Shown here in pieces: positions 50,083 through 59,539 of a DNA stretch of 64,000 nt. The notes below the pieces were generated by a model that was not told where the DNA came from, did no database searches, and was given only the letters and a program-made list of their open reading frames with translations. The DNA comes from Bacilli bacterium (lineage in GTDB: Bacteria > Bacillota_I > Bacilli_A > RFN20 > CAG-826). Position 1 is the stretch's first letter; each line of letters begins with the position of its first letter. The stretch is taken from NCBI GenBank assembly GCA_035353055.1, contig DAOPYW010000002.1, positions 4,574 through 68,573 of the forward strand. Direction: 5' to 3'. A program made the translations under genes and the position numbers.

Positions 50083-51121
50083 TCTTTTCGCTCAAGAAAT
50101 AAATAAACTAGCTGAGCAGATGGTACGGGAGGGACAAAAGCCCTATCGCGCCACTCAACTTTTTACTTGGATTTACGAAAAGAGAGCTCGCTCCTTTGAC
50201 GAGATGAGCGATGTCTCGCTGAAATTTCGCGAAGTTCTCAAAGAAAAATATTCTCTCGATTTGCCATCTATCTTTCTCAAGCAAGAGAGTTCCGATGGCA
50301 CAATTAAGCTATTAGTCTTATTAGCTGATGGAGCAAAAATTGAGACCGTTCTCATGCGCTATTCCTATGGAAACGCCATCTGCATCTCCAGCCAAGTAGG
50401 CTGCAACATGGGATGTTCTTTCTGCTCTTCTGGGCGCTTAGGAAAACAAAGAAATTTGACAGCCGATGAAATGATCGGTCAAATCCTGATCGTCAATCAA
50501 ATTCTTGAAGCAGAAGGCAAAGGCCAAAAAGTCACTCATGTAGTGGTGATGGGAACCGGCGAACCCTTTGATAATTATGATAACCTCATGGATTTTATTC
50601 GCATTGTCAATCATCCAAAAGGCCTAGCGATTGGCGCTCGCCACATCACGGTTTCAACCTGCGGAATTCCTGACGCCATCAGAAGATACGCTCATGAAGG
50701 CCTTCAGACCAATCTCGCCATCTCTTTGCACGCGCCTAATAATACTCTCCGGGACCAGCTGATGAAGATTAATAAAGCTTACCCCTTAGAAGTATTAATG
50801 CCAGCCATCCGTGAATATGAAAAAGTCAGCGGTCGTCGCGTGACTTATGAATACCTTTTGCTCGCCGATATTAACGACACCCAAGAATGCGCCCAACAAT
50901 TAATACAATTAATTAAGGGAACGATGGGATATGTGAATTTAATACCTTATAATGAAACCAATCTCTGCAGCTATAAAAGAAGCAGTGGCAACCGCATTCA
51001 TCTCTTTCTCGACTATTTGACCAAGGGTGGCGTTACTGCGACTATTCGCAAAGAATTTGGCTCCGATATTGACGCCGCATGCGGGCAATTAAAAGCTAAA
51101 GTGGAAGATAAATTAGTATGA
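50075..51121 (+). CDS. rlmN: 23S rRNA/tRNA adenine-C2 methyltransferase (radical SAM)
   Basis: CNMGCSFC radical-SAM cluster. Conserved RlmN layout. Confidence 0.85.
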   Translation: MLNLFAQEINKLAEQMVREGQKPYRATQLFTWIYEKRARSFDEMSDVSLKFREVLKEKYSLDLPSIFLKQESSDGTIKLLVLLADGAKIETVLMRYSYGNAICISSQVGCNMGCSFCSSGRLGKQRNLTADEMIGQILIVNQILEAEGKGQKVTHVVVMGTGEPFDNYDNLMDFIRIVNHPKGLAIGARHITVSTCGIPDAIRRYAHEGLQTNLAISLHAPNNTLRDQLMKINKAYPLEVLMPAIREYEKVSGRRVTYEYLLLADINDTQECAQQLIQLIKGTMGYVNLIPYNETNLCSYKRSSGNRIHLFLDYLTKGGVTATIRKEFGSDIDAACGQLKAKVEDKLV

Positions 51122-51873
51122 AACAAAAGAACTATATTTCCGGTACATATGCCTTTGGAACCGACATTGGCAAAATCCGTTTAACTAACGAAGACCGCGC
51201 CAATGCTTTAACTAATACCAAGGGCAATATTCTCTTGCTTGTTTGCGACGGAATGGGCGGAGCAAATAAAGGAGACTATGCCTCCTCAATCGCCATCAAG
51301 ATGATCAGCGAATCATTTTTTGATAAGCAGAAATTCCTCAATCGCTTTTCAGCAGTTAAGTGGGCGATGGAAATCATCAAAAAAGCCAATGATGCCATCT
51401 ATCAAGAAGCGCAAAAAAATGCAATTTATCAAGGCATGGGCACCACCTTAACCATGGTCTTAATTATGTCAAATCATATGATTACTGCTCAGATTGGCGA
51501 TTCGCGAGCCTATGTGCTTCACGACCAAGAAGTCGTCCAAATCACTGAAGATCAAACCTATGTCGCTTATCTATACCGCACGGGAAAAATTCGCAAAGAA
51601 GAAATGCTCACTCATCCGAAGCGCCATGTCCTCACCAATGCTTTGGGCATTTATCCATCCCTTAATGTCGACATTAAAATCACTGATTACTGCAACGAAA
51701 ATGTCTTAGTTTGCAGCGATGGTTTATATAATAACGTCGAAGATAACTCAATCTACTCAATTCTTAAAAGCGATGATTCCACTGAACAAAAAGTTAATGA
51801 ATTGATCGCTTTGGCTAACGCTAATGGCGGAAGCGATAACATCGCCATCGTCCTCTGGGAGGCTAATAAATAA
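51118..51873 (+). CDS. stp: PP2C-family Ser/Thr protein phosphatase
   Basis: PP2C motifs (DGMGG, GSDN) at conserved positions. Confidence 0.8.
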   Translation: MKQKNYISGTYAFGTDIGKIRLTNEDRANALTNTKGNILLLVCDGMGGANKGDYASSIAIKMISESFFDKQKFLNRFSAVKWAMEIIKKANDAIYQEAQKNAIYQGMGTTLTMVLIMSNHMITAQIGDSRAYVLHDQEVVQITEDQTYVAYLYRTGKIRKEEMLTHPKRHVLTNALGIYPSLNVDIKITDYCNENVLVCSDGLYNNVEDNSIYSILKSDDSTEQKVNELIALANANGGSDNIAIVLWEANK

Positions 51874-52757
51874 TGCCGATCAAGATAGGTTCTATTATTG
51901 ATGAAAGATATCGAGTGACTGCTCGCATCGGTCATGGAGGCATGGCGGAAGTGTATGAAGCCACTGACTTCATCACAAAAAAACGCATCGCTATTAAATT
52001 GATTCGCGAAGACGTGATGAAGAATCCCATCAATCTCCGCCGCTTTCAAAACGAAGCTACAATTGCTGCCTCTTTAGACCACCCGAACATCGTCAAGGTT
52101 TATAACCATGGCACTTTTGAAGGCGTTCCGTATATCGCTAATGAATATGTGGCGGGGCAGAATCTAAAAGATGTTTTGGATTTCCGCTCATCTTTGCCTA
52201 TCCAAGAAGCCGTCAGCATCATGATTCAACTGACTGCTGCTCTTCAATATGCTCACCAGCACAACATCGTTCATCGCGATGTAAAGCCTCAAAATGTATT
52301 CTATCTTCCAGACGGAACGATAAAGCTTGGCGATTTTGGCATCGCCGAAATAATAAACATCTCAATGAATAAAGGAAAGCCAAAAGAAATCATTGGCTCA
52401 GTCCATTATTTGGCTCCCGAGATATCTCGCGGTTATCCCGCCTCACCTCAATCCGATATTTATTCTGCTGGAATTACTTTCTTTGAGCTAATTACCGGCC
52501 GCGTTCCCTTTAATGAAGTCGACCCTGTCTCAGTTGTGGTCGCTCATATTCGCGACCGAGTCCCCTCCCCCAAAAAATATCTTCCTCACTGCTCTAAAGA
52601 GGTAGAAAAAGTCATCGCCAAGGCCACTGCCAGAAGCTTTAAAGAGCGATATCATTCCGCGCAAGAATTCCACGATGATTTAGTCCTCTTGACCCAGAAC
52701 ACTGAACTTCTCAAAGAGAAGAAGAGCTTTTTTGCTCGCATTTTTGGTTTCAAATAA
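51873..52757 (+). CDS. Ser/Thr protein kinase, catalytic domain only (no TM, no PASTA)
   Basis: GxGxxG (IGHGGMAEVY), AIK, HRDVKPQN, DFG, APE motifs. 294 aa with no hydrophobic segment after the kinase domain. Confidence 0.85.
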   Translation: MPIKIGSIIDERYRVTARIGHGGMAEVYEATDFITKKRIAIKLIREDVMKNPINLRRFQNEATIAASLDHPNIVKVYNHGTFEGVPYIANEYVAGQNLKDVLDFRSSLPIQEAVSIMIQLTAALQYAHQHNIVHRDVKPQNVFYLPDGTIKLGDFGIAEIINISMNKGKPKEIIGSVHYLAPEISRGYPASPQSDIYSAGITFFELITGRVPFNEVDPVSVVVAHIRDRVPSPKKYLPHCSKEVEKVIAKATARSFKERYHSAQEFHDDLVLLTQNTELLKEKKSFFARIFGFK

Positions 52758-53623
52758 TGGAAGGAAAAATACTCGCTCTTAACTGTGGAATGTACTCAGT
52801 CTTAAGCGATGGAGCAATTTACTGTGTTCCCGCCCGAGGCCTTTTTAGACACGAGTCAATCAAACCGATGGTGGGAGATGATGTCGAAATCGATGAAGTT
52901 AATTTAGTGATCCAAGCGGTCTACCCTCGCCACAGCCAACTTAAAAGGCCTCAAGTGGCAAATATTGACCAAATGCTCATTGTCTCTTCTCTGGTGGAAC
53001 CATCGTTTTCTTTTCTTTTGATTTTTAAATATCTCACTTATGCGAACATGAATGGAATCAAAGCCAGCATAATCATCACTAAAGCGGATAAAAATGATGA
53101 CCAAAACCTCATTGATGGCATCAAAGAGACTTTTCAAAAGATGAACATCGATACCTATTTTGTCAGCAACAAAGAAAAGATTGGCTTAGAAGAAGTCCGC
53201 CATCTCTTCGCTAACCGCATTACTTGCTTAATCGGTCAAACTGGCGTGGGGAAATCTTCCTTAATCAATGCCATCGATCCTCAATTTGAGCGAGCGGTCG
53301 GAGAATACTCTCGCGCTCTTGGGAGAGGAAAACACAAAACCAAAGAAGTAATTCTGCTCCCATATGAAGGTGGATACATCGCTGATACTCCTGGATTCTC
53401 TTCTCTTGAATTAAACCTGTTTAAAGAAGAATTAGCAAAATATTTCCCCGGTTTTGCTGATCGCTCTTTAAAGTGTTATTTTTCCAATTGCCTGCACATC
53501 TCCGAGGAGCGCTGTGAAGTTAAAAAAGCTCTAGAAGATGGTATAATTCCTAAAGTAGCTTATGACTGCTACTTAACGTTATCAAATGAAGCGATTTTTG
53601 AAATACGGAGGTACGAAAAATGA
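52757..53623 (+). CDS. rsgA: Ribosome small-subunit biogenesis GTPase
   Basis: Circularly permuted GTPase (TKADK ... GQTGVGKSSL) and C-terminal zinc finger (CYFSNC...C). Confidence 0.85.
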   Translation: MEGKILALNCGMYSVLSDGAIYCVPARGLFRHESIKPMVGDDVEIDEVNLVIQAVYPRHSQLKRPQVANIDQMLIVSSLVEPSFSFLLIFKYLTYANMNGIKASIIITKADKNDDQNLIDGIKETFQKMNIDTYFVSNKEKIGLEEVRHLFANRITCLIGQTGVGKSSLINAIDPQFERAVGEYSRALGRGKHKTKEVILLPYEGGYIADTPGFSSLELNLFKEELAKYFPGFADRSLKCYFSNCLHISEERCEVKKALEDGIIPKVAYDCYLTLSNEAIFEIRRYEK

Positions 53624-54279
53624 AAACTGCTCTCGTCGCACCATCAATCTTATCCGCTAATTTCTCTCATCTAGGAGATGATATTAAGCAAATTCAGGAA
53701 GCCGGCGCTGATTGGCTTCATTTCGATGTGATGGATGGGCACTTTGTTCCCAATATTTCTTTTGGCTTACCAGTTTTAAAGGACATCGCTCACACACATA
53801 AATTAGTTAATGATGTTCATATTATGATTTCCAATCCTCGTGAATATGCCGCTAAATTTGTGGAAGCCGGCGCTGATTACTTAACCTTCCATTATGAAGC
53901 TTGCCAAAGCGATGCCGAGGTTTTCGATATCATCGATATCATTCATAAAGCTGGCGCAAAAGCCGGCATTTCCGTCAAACCAAAAACTCCAATTTCGAAA
54001 ATCTTTCCCTTTTTATATAGCCTTGATCTCGTGCTCATCATGAGCGTTGAACCAGGTTTCGGCGGTCAGAGTTTTATCCGCGATTCATTGGGCAAAATTT
54101 TGAGATTAAGAAATTATCTTGATGAAAATGAGCTCAAAACCCTCATCGAAGTCGATGGTGGAATCAATGAAACGACTGCTCTCGAATGCAAGAAAATGGG
54201 TGCTGAAGTCTTTGTGGCTGGTTCCTATGTTTTTGGAGCTGAGAATATCAAAGAGGCAATTCGGAGTTTAAAGATCTAA
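53620..54279 (+). CDS. rpe: Ribulose-phosphate 3-epimerase
   Basis: Conserved Rpe sequence (PSILSA, HFDVMDGHFVPNISFG, GGQSF, VDGGIN). Confidence 0.9.
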   Translation: MKTALVAPSILSANFSHLGDDIKQIQEAGADWLHFDVMDGHFVPNISFGLPVLKDIAHTHKLVNDVHIMISNPREYAAKFVEAGADYLTFHYEACQSDAEVFDIIDIIHKAGAKAGISVKPKTPISKIFPFLYSLDLVLIMSVEPGFGGQSFIRDSLGKILRLRNYLDENELKTLIEVDGGINETTALECKKMGAEVFVAGSYVFGAENIKEAIRSLKI

Positions 54280-54944
54280 TGCGCTTCACTTTACCTTCTT
54301 TACTGCTATCGATTTTATTCGGTGCCTTGTTTCTAGTCACCTCTTTTATTCGCTATAAAAATAAGTATAAAGTCACCTATAATGTCCGAAATATGTTTCC
54401 TTATGAGCTTAATTACAAAAGCCCCTTTGCGGAGAATTTCTACGGCAATGTTTCCCTTATTTTAGCAATTTTGTCTTCCTGCGTTTTCTTTTTCACTTTT
54501 GATTTAAAGTTTGACAACGGCTTTTTCATCATGATTTTCATCTCGGGAATTATCTCCTCGATTTTATTTATAGCTATTGCCTTTATCCCCTTGGATTTCA
54601 TTCGCCTTCACAGCGCGCTTTTTATCTTGTACATGATTTTCTCTTTCTTGCTTCCGACATCCATCAGCATTGGATCTTATGTCTATAATCAGCAGATTGG
54701 AGGGAGCTCGCCCATTCCTTTCATCATTTTCATTATCGCCTTCATTATTACATTGGTGACGATGGTTCTTCTCTTGAATCCAAAATTGACTCTCAACTTG
54801 CGCATGAAAGAAGAAATTGCCCCAGATGGCAGCATCAAATACGTTCGTCCAAACATTATTACGATGGCCTTTACCGAATGGCTATTGTTTTTCTTCCTGT
54901 TTGCGAACGAGATCTTGGTTTTCGTTTTATCTCTAGCTTTCTAG
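54279..54944 (+). CDS. Hypothetical polytopic membrane protein
   Basis: 221 aa, about 6 hydrophobic helices. 1-nt overlap with the rpe stop. Confidence 0.4.
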   Translation: MRFTLPSLLLSILFGALFLVTSFIRYKNKYKVTYNVRNMFPYELNYKSPFAENFYGNVSLILAILSSCVFFFTFDLKFDNGFFIMIFISGIISSILFIAIAFIPLDFIRLHSALFILYMIFSFLLPTSISIGSYVYNQQIGGSSPIPFIIFIIAFIITLVTMVLLLNPKLTLNLRMKEEIAPDGSIKYVRPNIITMAFTEWLLFFFLFANEILVFVLSLAF

Positions 54945-54950
54945 ATAAAT

Positions 54951-54980
54951 AAAAAAGCGGAATCATCCGCATTTTTTATC
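54951..54980. terminator. Bidirectional Rho-independent terminator between convergent membrane-protein gene and rpmB
   Basis: gcgga-atca-tccgc hairpin with A6 upstream and T6 downstream. Confidence 0.5.
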
Positions 54981-55001
54981 ACAGGTTAATTTAACCTATA
55001 T

Positions 55002-55190
55002 TTACTTATATTGTTTGTTGAGACTGCGATAAGCGCGAGTCGACATACGAACTCGCATCTCTTGGCCGTCAACCACGACAGTGCGGACTTGAAGATTGCA
55101 GTTCCATCTACGGCGTGAAGCCCTTAAAGAATGGGAGCGATTATTACCACTCAAAGGTCCTTTTCCGGTTATTGGACATACTCTTGACAT
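55002..55190 (-). CDS. rpmB: 50S ribosomal protein L28
   Basis: 62 aa. MSRVCPITGKGPLSGNNRSHSL N-terminus typical of L28. AAGGAGG RBS. Confidence 0.85.
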   Translation of the reverse strand: MSRVCPITGKGPLSGNNRSHSLRASRRRWNCNLQVRTVVVDGQEMRVRMSTRAYRSLNKQYK

Positions 55191-55264
55191 ATCGTAGGCC
55201 TCCTTTTGTTCTTGAAAATGTTAGCACAATCAACTAGTTTATGCAATAAACAAATGAACGTTTT

Positions 55265-55756
55265 TTATAACTTAATTCTCGGGAATTTTTGTTGAATTTC
55301 GGCTTTGGAAAGCAAATGGTCGCAATTGTTCGACAGCGACTGGTAAACCTGATTTTGCAAATCTGGCATTAAATATATGCTCTGCCCACTTTTCATTATT
55401 ATTGTGATGGTGGCATTTTTCTTTTTCGAATTTTGCTCGATGTATATGATATCCGAATAGGGATAGTTAAAAGCGCGCCTAAATTTGACGACAATCAACT
55501 CTTTTTTCTTTATCACGTAAAAGTAGTTCATAAAAGAGAAGACAAAAATCAAAATTGATGTGACGACAAATGCAGCGATAATCAGCCATTGAATGTATCC
55601 CCAGTCTTGAAAGACAAAGATGTTAAAGCAGGTGGCGAATATGACGCTAGCGGAAAACAAAAACACCACCAGGGCGGTTATGAGCATCTTTTTAAAAGAG
55701 GGTCTGACTTTCATCATATTGAGTTTACCGATTTTTTCGTTGAATAAAAAGGGCAA
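55265..55756 (-). CDS. Membrane protein with bacterial PH-like (YdbS/DUF304-like) domain; true start probably the internal MMKVR
   Basis: Two TM helices followed by a small soluble domain. A hairpin overlaps the most upstream part of the ORF. Confidence 0.4.
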   Translation of the reverse strand: MPFLFNEKIGKLNMMKVRPSFKKMLITALVVFLFSASVIFATCFNIFVFQDWGYIQWLIIAAFVVTSILIFVFSFMNYFYVIKKKELIVVKFRRAFNYPYSDIIYIEQNSKKKNATITIIMKSGQSIYLMPDLQNQVYQSLSNNCDHLLSKAEIQQKFPRIKL

Positions 55757-55794
55757 ACAACAATATTTTGTTGCCCCCTATCTTGTTTTTGGTT

Positions 55795-55822
55795 TGTGAG
55801 TTCTCGTGCGTGTGCTACAATG
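55795..55822 (+). promoter_or_regulatory. Putative promoter for glgC operon (TTGTGA-16-TACAAT with TGn extension); coordinates +/-1
   Basis: Consensus-like hexamers ~25 nt upstream of the GGAGG RBS. Confidence 0.35.
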
Positions 55823-55846
55823 TGTTTATACGCGGAGGTACATATA

Positions 55847-56977
55847 ATGCCATATAAAATTGTCGCGATGATTTTGGCAGGAGGCAAGGGAACAAGGCTT
55901 GAATCACTGACCAAAAAAATCGCTAAACCAGCCGTTTCTTTTGCTGCGAAATATCGAATTATAGATTTCCCTCTCAGCAACTGCGCGAATAGCGGAATCA
56001 ACAACGTCGGAGTCTTGATGCAATACGAGGCTTTAGCTCTTGACAGCTATGTCAGCAACGGAGAGAAATGGGGTTTGAATGGCGTGCACTCCTTCATGGC
56101 CACCCTCACTCCAAGGCAGACTGAAGATAGCGCAAAATGGTATAAAGGCACCGCCGACGCCATCACCCAAAACATTGATTTCCTCGATGCTCAAAATCCA
56201 GACTATGTTCTAATTTTGTCTGGCGATCACATATATAAAACCCTCTACAATGAAATGATAGATCTCCACGTTTCCAGCGCAGCGGATGCGACAATTTCCG
56301 TCATTGAAGTTGACCCAAGCGAAGCAAGTCGCTTTGGCATCATGGCTGTCAATAAAAATGATGTCATCACTGAATTCCAAGAGAAACCAAAGGTTCCCAA
56401 GAGCAACTTAGCCTCGATGGGCATCTATGTTTTCACTTGGAAGACCTTGCGGAGCTATCTCAAAGAAGATGAAAAAAATGATGAATCTGACCATGATTTT
56501 GGCAAAAACATCATCCCGACAATGCTAGCGACTGGCAAAAAGCTACAAGCTTTTCGCTTCCAAGGATATTGGAAAGATGTCGGAACGCTTGTCTCTCTGC
56601 ACCAAGCAAACATGGACATCGCTCTCGACCGAAGAGAGCTTGATTTATTCGATGGCGATGATTTAACAAAAATATATAGTGAGGACACTCACAGCGTCCC
56701 TCAATATGTCGGCACAAAAGGTTCGATTAAAAGAAGCATAGCTAACCAAGGCGCCATCATTTTAGGCTCGGTTGATTCATGCGTCGTTTCTAATGAAGTG
56801 GTCATCGAGGAGGGCGCTATTTGCACTCGCTGTGTCATCATGGCTGGCGCTCGCATCAAAAAGGGCACCAAAATCAACAATGCTATTGTCGCTCCTGACA
56901 CCGTTGTCGGTGGAAAGCAGGAGATCAATTTAGGTAAACCCGATGTTGTCCTTGTTTCAGGAGGTAGTTACAAATGA
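55847..56977 (+). CDS. glgC: Glucose-1-phosphate adenylyltransferase
   Basis: LAGGKGTRL motif at N-terminus from internal ATG (MPYKIV). Left-handed beta-helix C-terminus. Confidence 0.9.
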   Translation: MPYKIVAMILAGGKGTRLESLTKKIAKPAVSFAAKYRIIDFPLSNCANSGINNVGVLMQYEALALDSYVSNGEKWGLNGVHSFMATLTPRQTEDSAKWYKGTADAITQNIDFLDAQNPDYVLILSGDHIYKTLYNEMIDLHVSSAADATISVIEVDPSEASRFGIMAVNKNDVITEFQEKPKVPKSNLASMGIYVFTWKTLRSYLKEDEKNDESDHDFGKNIIPTMLATGKKLQAFRFQGYWKDVGTLVSLHQANMDIALDRRELDLFDGDDLTKIYSEDTHSVPQYVGTKGSIKRSIANQGAIILGSVDSCVVSNEVVIEEGAICTRCVIMAGARIKKGTKINNAIVAPDTVVGGKQEINLGKPDVVLVSGGSYK

Positions 56978-58092
56978 ACAGAGTAATTGGCATCTGCAAT
57001 CTTCACGACGGACCGGATCTTGGTCTATTGACTGAAAACCGCCCGCTTGGGGCAGTCACTTTCCTCGGCCGCTATGGCTTGATGGACTTTGCTTTATCAA
57101 ACCTCTCGAACTCTGGCATCGACCGCATCAATATCTTGGTCGAAAAAAATGTCCGCGCTGTCCGAGCTCACGTCCGCGAAGGACAGACTTGGATCAATAA
57201 TACAAAAACTGGATATCTGCGGTTATTTTTCAATGAAAAAACAATTGCTAATCCTCGCTTCAATACTGACATTTCGAATTTGCTCGCCAACCGCTCCTTC
57301 TTCGAAGATGAAACTGGCGACTTTATTCTCATCACCAATCCCTTTATGCTCGCTTCCGTCGATTTCCGTCCTTTTATCGACGCGCATATTGCTTCTGGAG
57401 CCGAAGCTTCGGTCATCTATAAGCATGTTATTACCGCTGACACCGATTATCTCAACTGTGGAACTCTCAGCATTGAAAAAGATGGCTTAGTGAGCAAGAT
57501 CTCAAACAATGCTGGCATGAAAAAAGCGGTGGATGTTTCTTTGGGCACCTATGTTTTCAACCGCGAAACCTTTGAAAAAATATTGAGAATGTCCCGCGAA
57601 GTCTCCCTTCTTTATGGCCTTCGAAAAATGCTCCGATACTGCATCGATGAAAAATTGCTCAAGCTTAACGCTTGGGAATTCACTGGTTTTGTGGCTCCAA
57701 TGCTAAACTTATCTGACTATATTAATCATTCATTGGAACTCCTCACTTATTCTCTTCGCTCAAAACTATTCCTCGATGACTGGCCGATATACACGGTCAC
57801 GCATAACACTCCGCCCGCTTTATATGGGCCGGATGCAGATGTGAAAAACTGCTTTATTGCTAACGGCTGCATCATCAAAGGCAAAGTTCGCAATTCCATC
57901 ATTTCCCGCGACGTGATTATCGAAGAGGGAACATCAGTGGACAATTCGATCATCTTCACCAAATCGGTGGTTGGAAAAGGAATCAAAGTGAACTACGTTT
58001 TAGCAGACAAGTCTGTTAAAATACTCCAGTGCCATGAAGTGAATGGCCAAAAAGATGAATTTTTGTTCATCGAACAAGGAGCTCATATTTAA
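56974..58092 (+). CDS. glgD: Glycogen biosynthesis protein GlgD (non-catalytic GlgC paralogue)
   Basis: GlgC-like fold lacking the GGxGxRL motif. Translationally coupled to glgC. Confidence 0.75.
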   Translation: MNRVIGICNLHDGPDLGLLTENRPLGAVTFLGRYGLMDFALSNLSNSGIDRINILVEKNVRAVRAHVREGQTWINNTKTGYLRLFFNEKTIANPRFNTDISNLLANRSFFEDETGDFILITNPFMLASVDFRPFIDAHIASGAEASVIYKHVITADTDYLNCGTLSIEKDGLVSKISNNAGMKKAVDVSLGTYVFNRETFEKILRMSREVSLLYGLRKMLRYCIDEKLLKLNAWEFTGFVAPMLNLSDYINHSLELLTYSLRSKLFLDDWPIYTVTHNTPPALYGPDADVKNCFIANGCIIKGKVRNSIISRDVIIEEGTSVDNSIIFTKSVVGKGIKVNYVLADKSVKILQCHEVNGQKDEFLFIEQGAHI

Positions 58093-59537
58093 TGAAAATA
58101 GTGATGGTTGCTAGCGAAGCTAGACCGTTATGCAAAACCGGCGGGCTCGCCGATGTCATATATTCCCTATCAAAAGAGCTGGCGGTGATGGGCGAAGAAG
58201 TCTTCATTATTCTTCCCTATTATCGCTTTATTAAGCAGAGCACTCGGCCTTCAGTAAAAAAGGTCTGCTCTTATGTGGTGCCCATGTCATGGCGCAGCGA
58301 GAGAGCTGATGTCTATTATACCTACGATAGCGGAATCACCTACTATCTCATCGACAACGCTCGATACTTTGATCGCGACCATTTTTATGGTGACTGGGAT
58401 GACAATGAGAGATTTGCTTTCTTCGCTCTTGCGAGCAAAGAATTGCTCTATCACATCTCTCTCGTTCCCGATATCATCCATTGCCACGATTGGCATGTGG
58501 GGATGATTCCCTGCCTTTTCAAGGAAGATGAAAACGCTATCAAACATTTCAAAAAGACCAAATTTGTCTTCTCTATTCACAACCCAGCTTTTCAAGGTAT
58601 GATGCCTGAATCAGTATTAGGAGACTATTTCAATCTTCCCGACTCTCTTTACGAAAATGGGAATCTGCGCTTCAAAGATCAAGTCTCCAGCCTCAAAGCC
58701 GGCATTATTTATGCCGATAAGATTACTACTGTATCCCCCAATCATCAGAAAGAATTGCTCTCACTAGAAGGCGGAATGGGCCTGGATTCAGTCTTGCACT
58801 TCCGCGAATATGATTTCATCGGCGTTTTAAACGGCATCGACTACCAAGAATTCAATCCCGTCAACGATGAGATGATTATTTATCCATATAATGGCGTCAG
58901 CATTTTCCGAGAAAAAACAAACAATAAAAAAGCTTTGTTTGAGCAGCTGCACATCACCGATTATGGGCAGCCATTATTTGCCTTAATCTCGAGATTAACC
59001 TGGCAGAAAGGCATGGATATCATCCTCCCCGCGATTGAAAATCTCGCGCAAAAAGGAGCGAATATTGTTCTGCTCGGCTCTGGCGAGTACAAATACGAGC
59101 AAATGCTCGAGCGCGTCAGAAGTCGATATCCAAATAATATCGCTATCTATATCGGCTACAGCGATAAGCTAGCGCACCAAATATATGCCAGCAGCGATTT
59201 CTTCTTGATGCCTTCGCTATTTGAGCCTTGTGGCTTGGGGCAAATGATCGCCCAGAGATATGGCAGTTTGCCCATCGTCCGCCGCACTGGAGGACTAAAG
59301 GATTCTGTCACCGGCTATGATGGTACTAACGAGCGACTCGCTAATGGATTTAGCTTTGACGACTATAACTCCGAAGCTTTTTCCAATACCTGTCTCTACG
59401 CTCTAGACATCTGGCAGAATGTGCCGCTGAGAAAATTGCTGATTAGAAATGCTTTCAAAACCGACAATTCTTGGAGCAAGAGCGCAAAAGAATATCTCTC
59501 TATTTACAAAAATCTGACCAAAACTTTTAAGGAGTAA
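58092..59537 (+). CDS. glgA: Glycogen synthase (ADP-glucose type)
   Basis: KTGGLADV motif near the N-terminus. GT5 family length. Confidence 0.9.
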   Translation: MKIVMVASEARPLCKTGGLADVIYSLSKELAVMGEEVFIILPYYRFIKQSTRPSVKKVCSYVVPMSWRSERADVYYTYDSGITYYLIDNARYFDRDHFYGDWDDNERFAFFALASKELLYHISLVPDIIHCHDWHVGMIPCLFKEDENAIKHFKKTKFVFSIHNPAFQGMMPESVLGDYFNLPDSLYENGNLRFKDQVSSLKAGIIYADKITTVSPNHQKELLSLEGGMGLDSVLHFREYDFIGVLNGIDYQEFNPVNDEMIIYPYNGVSIFREKTNNKKALFEQLHITDYGQPLFALISRLTWQKGMDIILPAIENLAQKGANIVLLGSGEYKYEQMLERVRSRYPNNIAIYIGYSDKLAHQIYASSDFFLMPSLFEPCGLGQMIAQRYGSLPIVRRTGGLKDSVTGYDGTNERLANGFSFDDYNSEAFSNTCLYALDIWQNVPLRKLLIRNAFKTDNSWSKSAKEYLSIYKNLTKTFKE

Positions 59538-59539
59538 TT

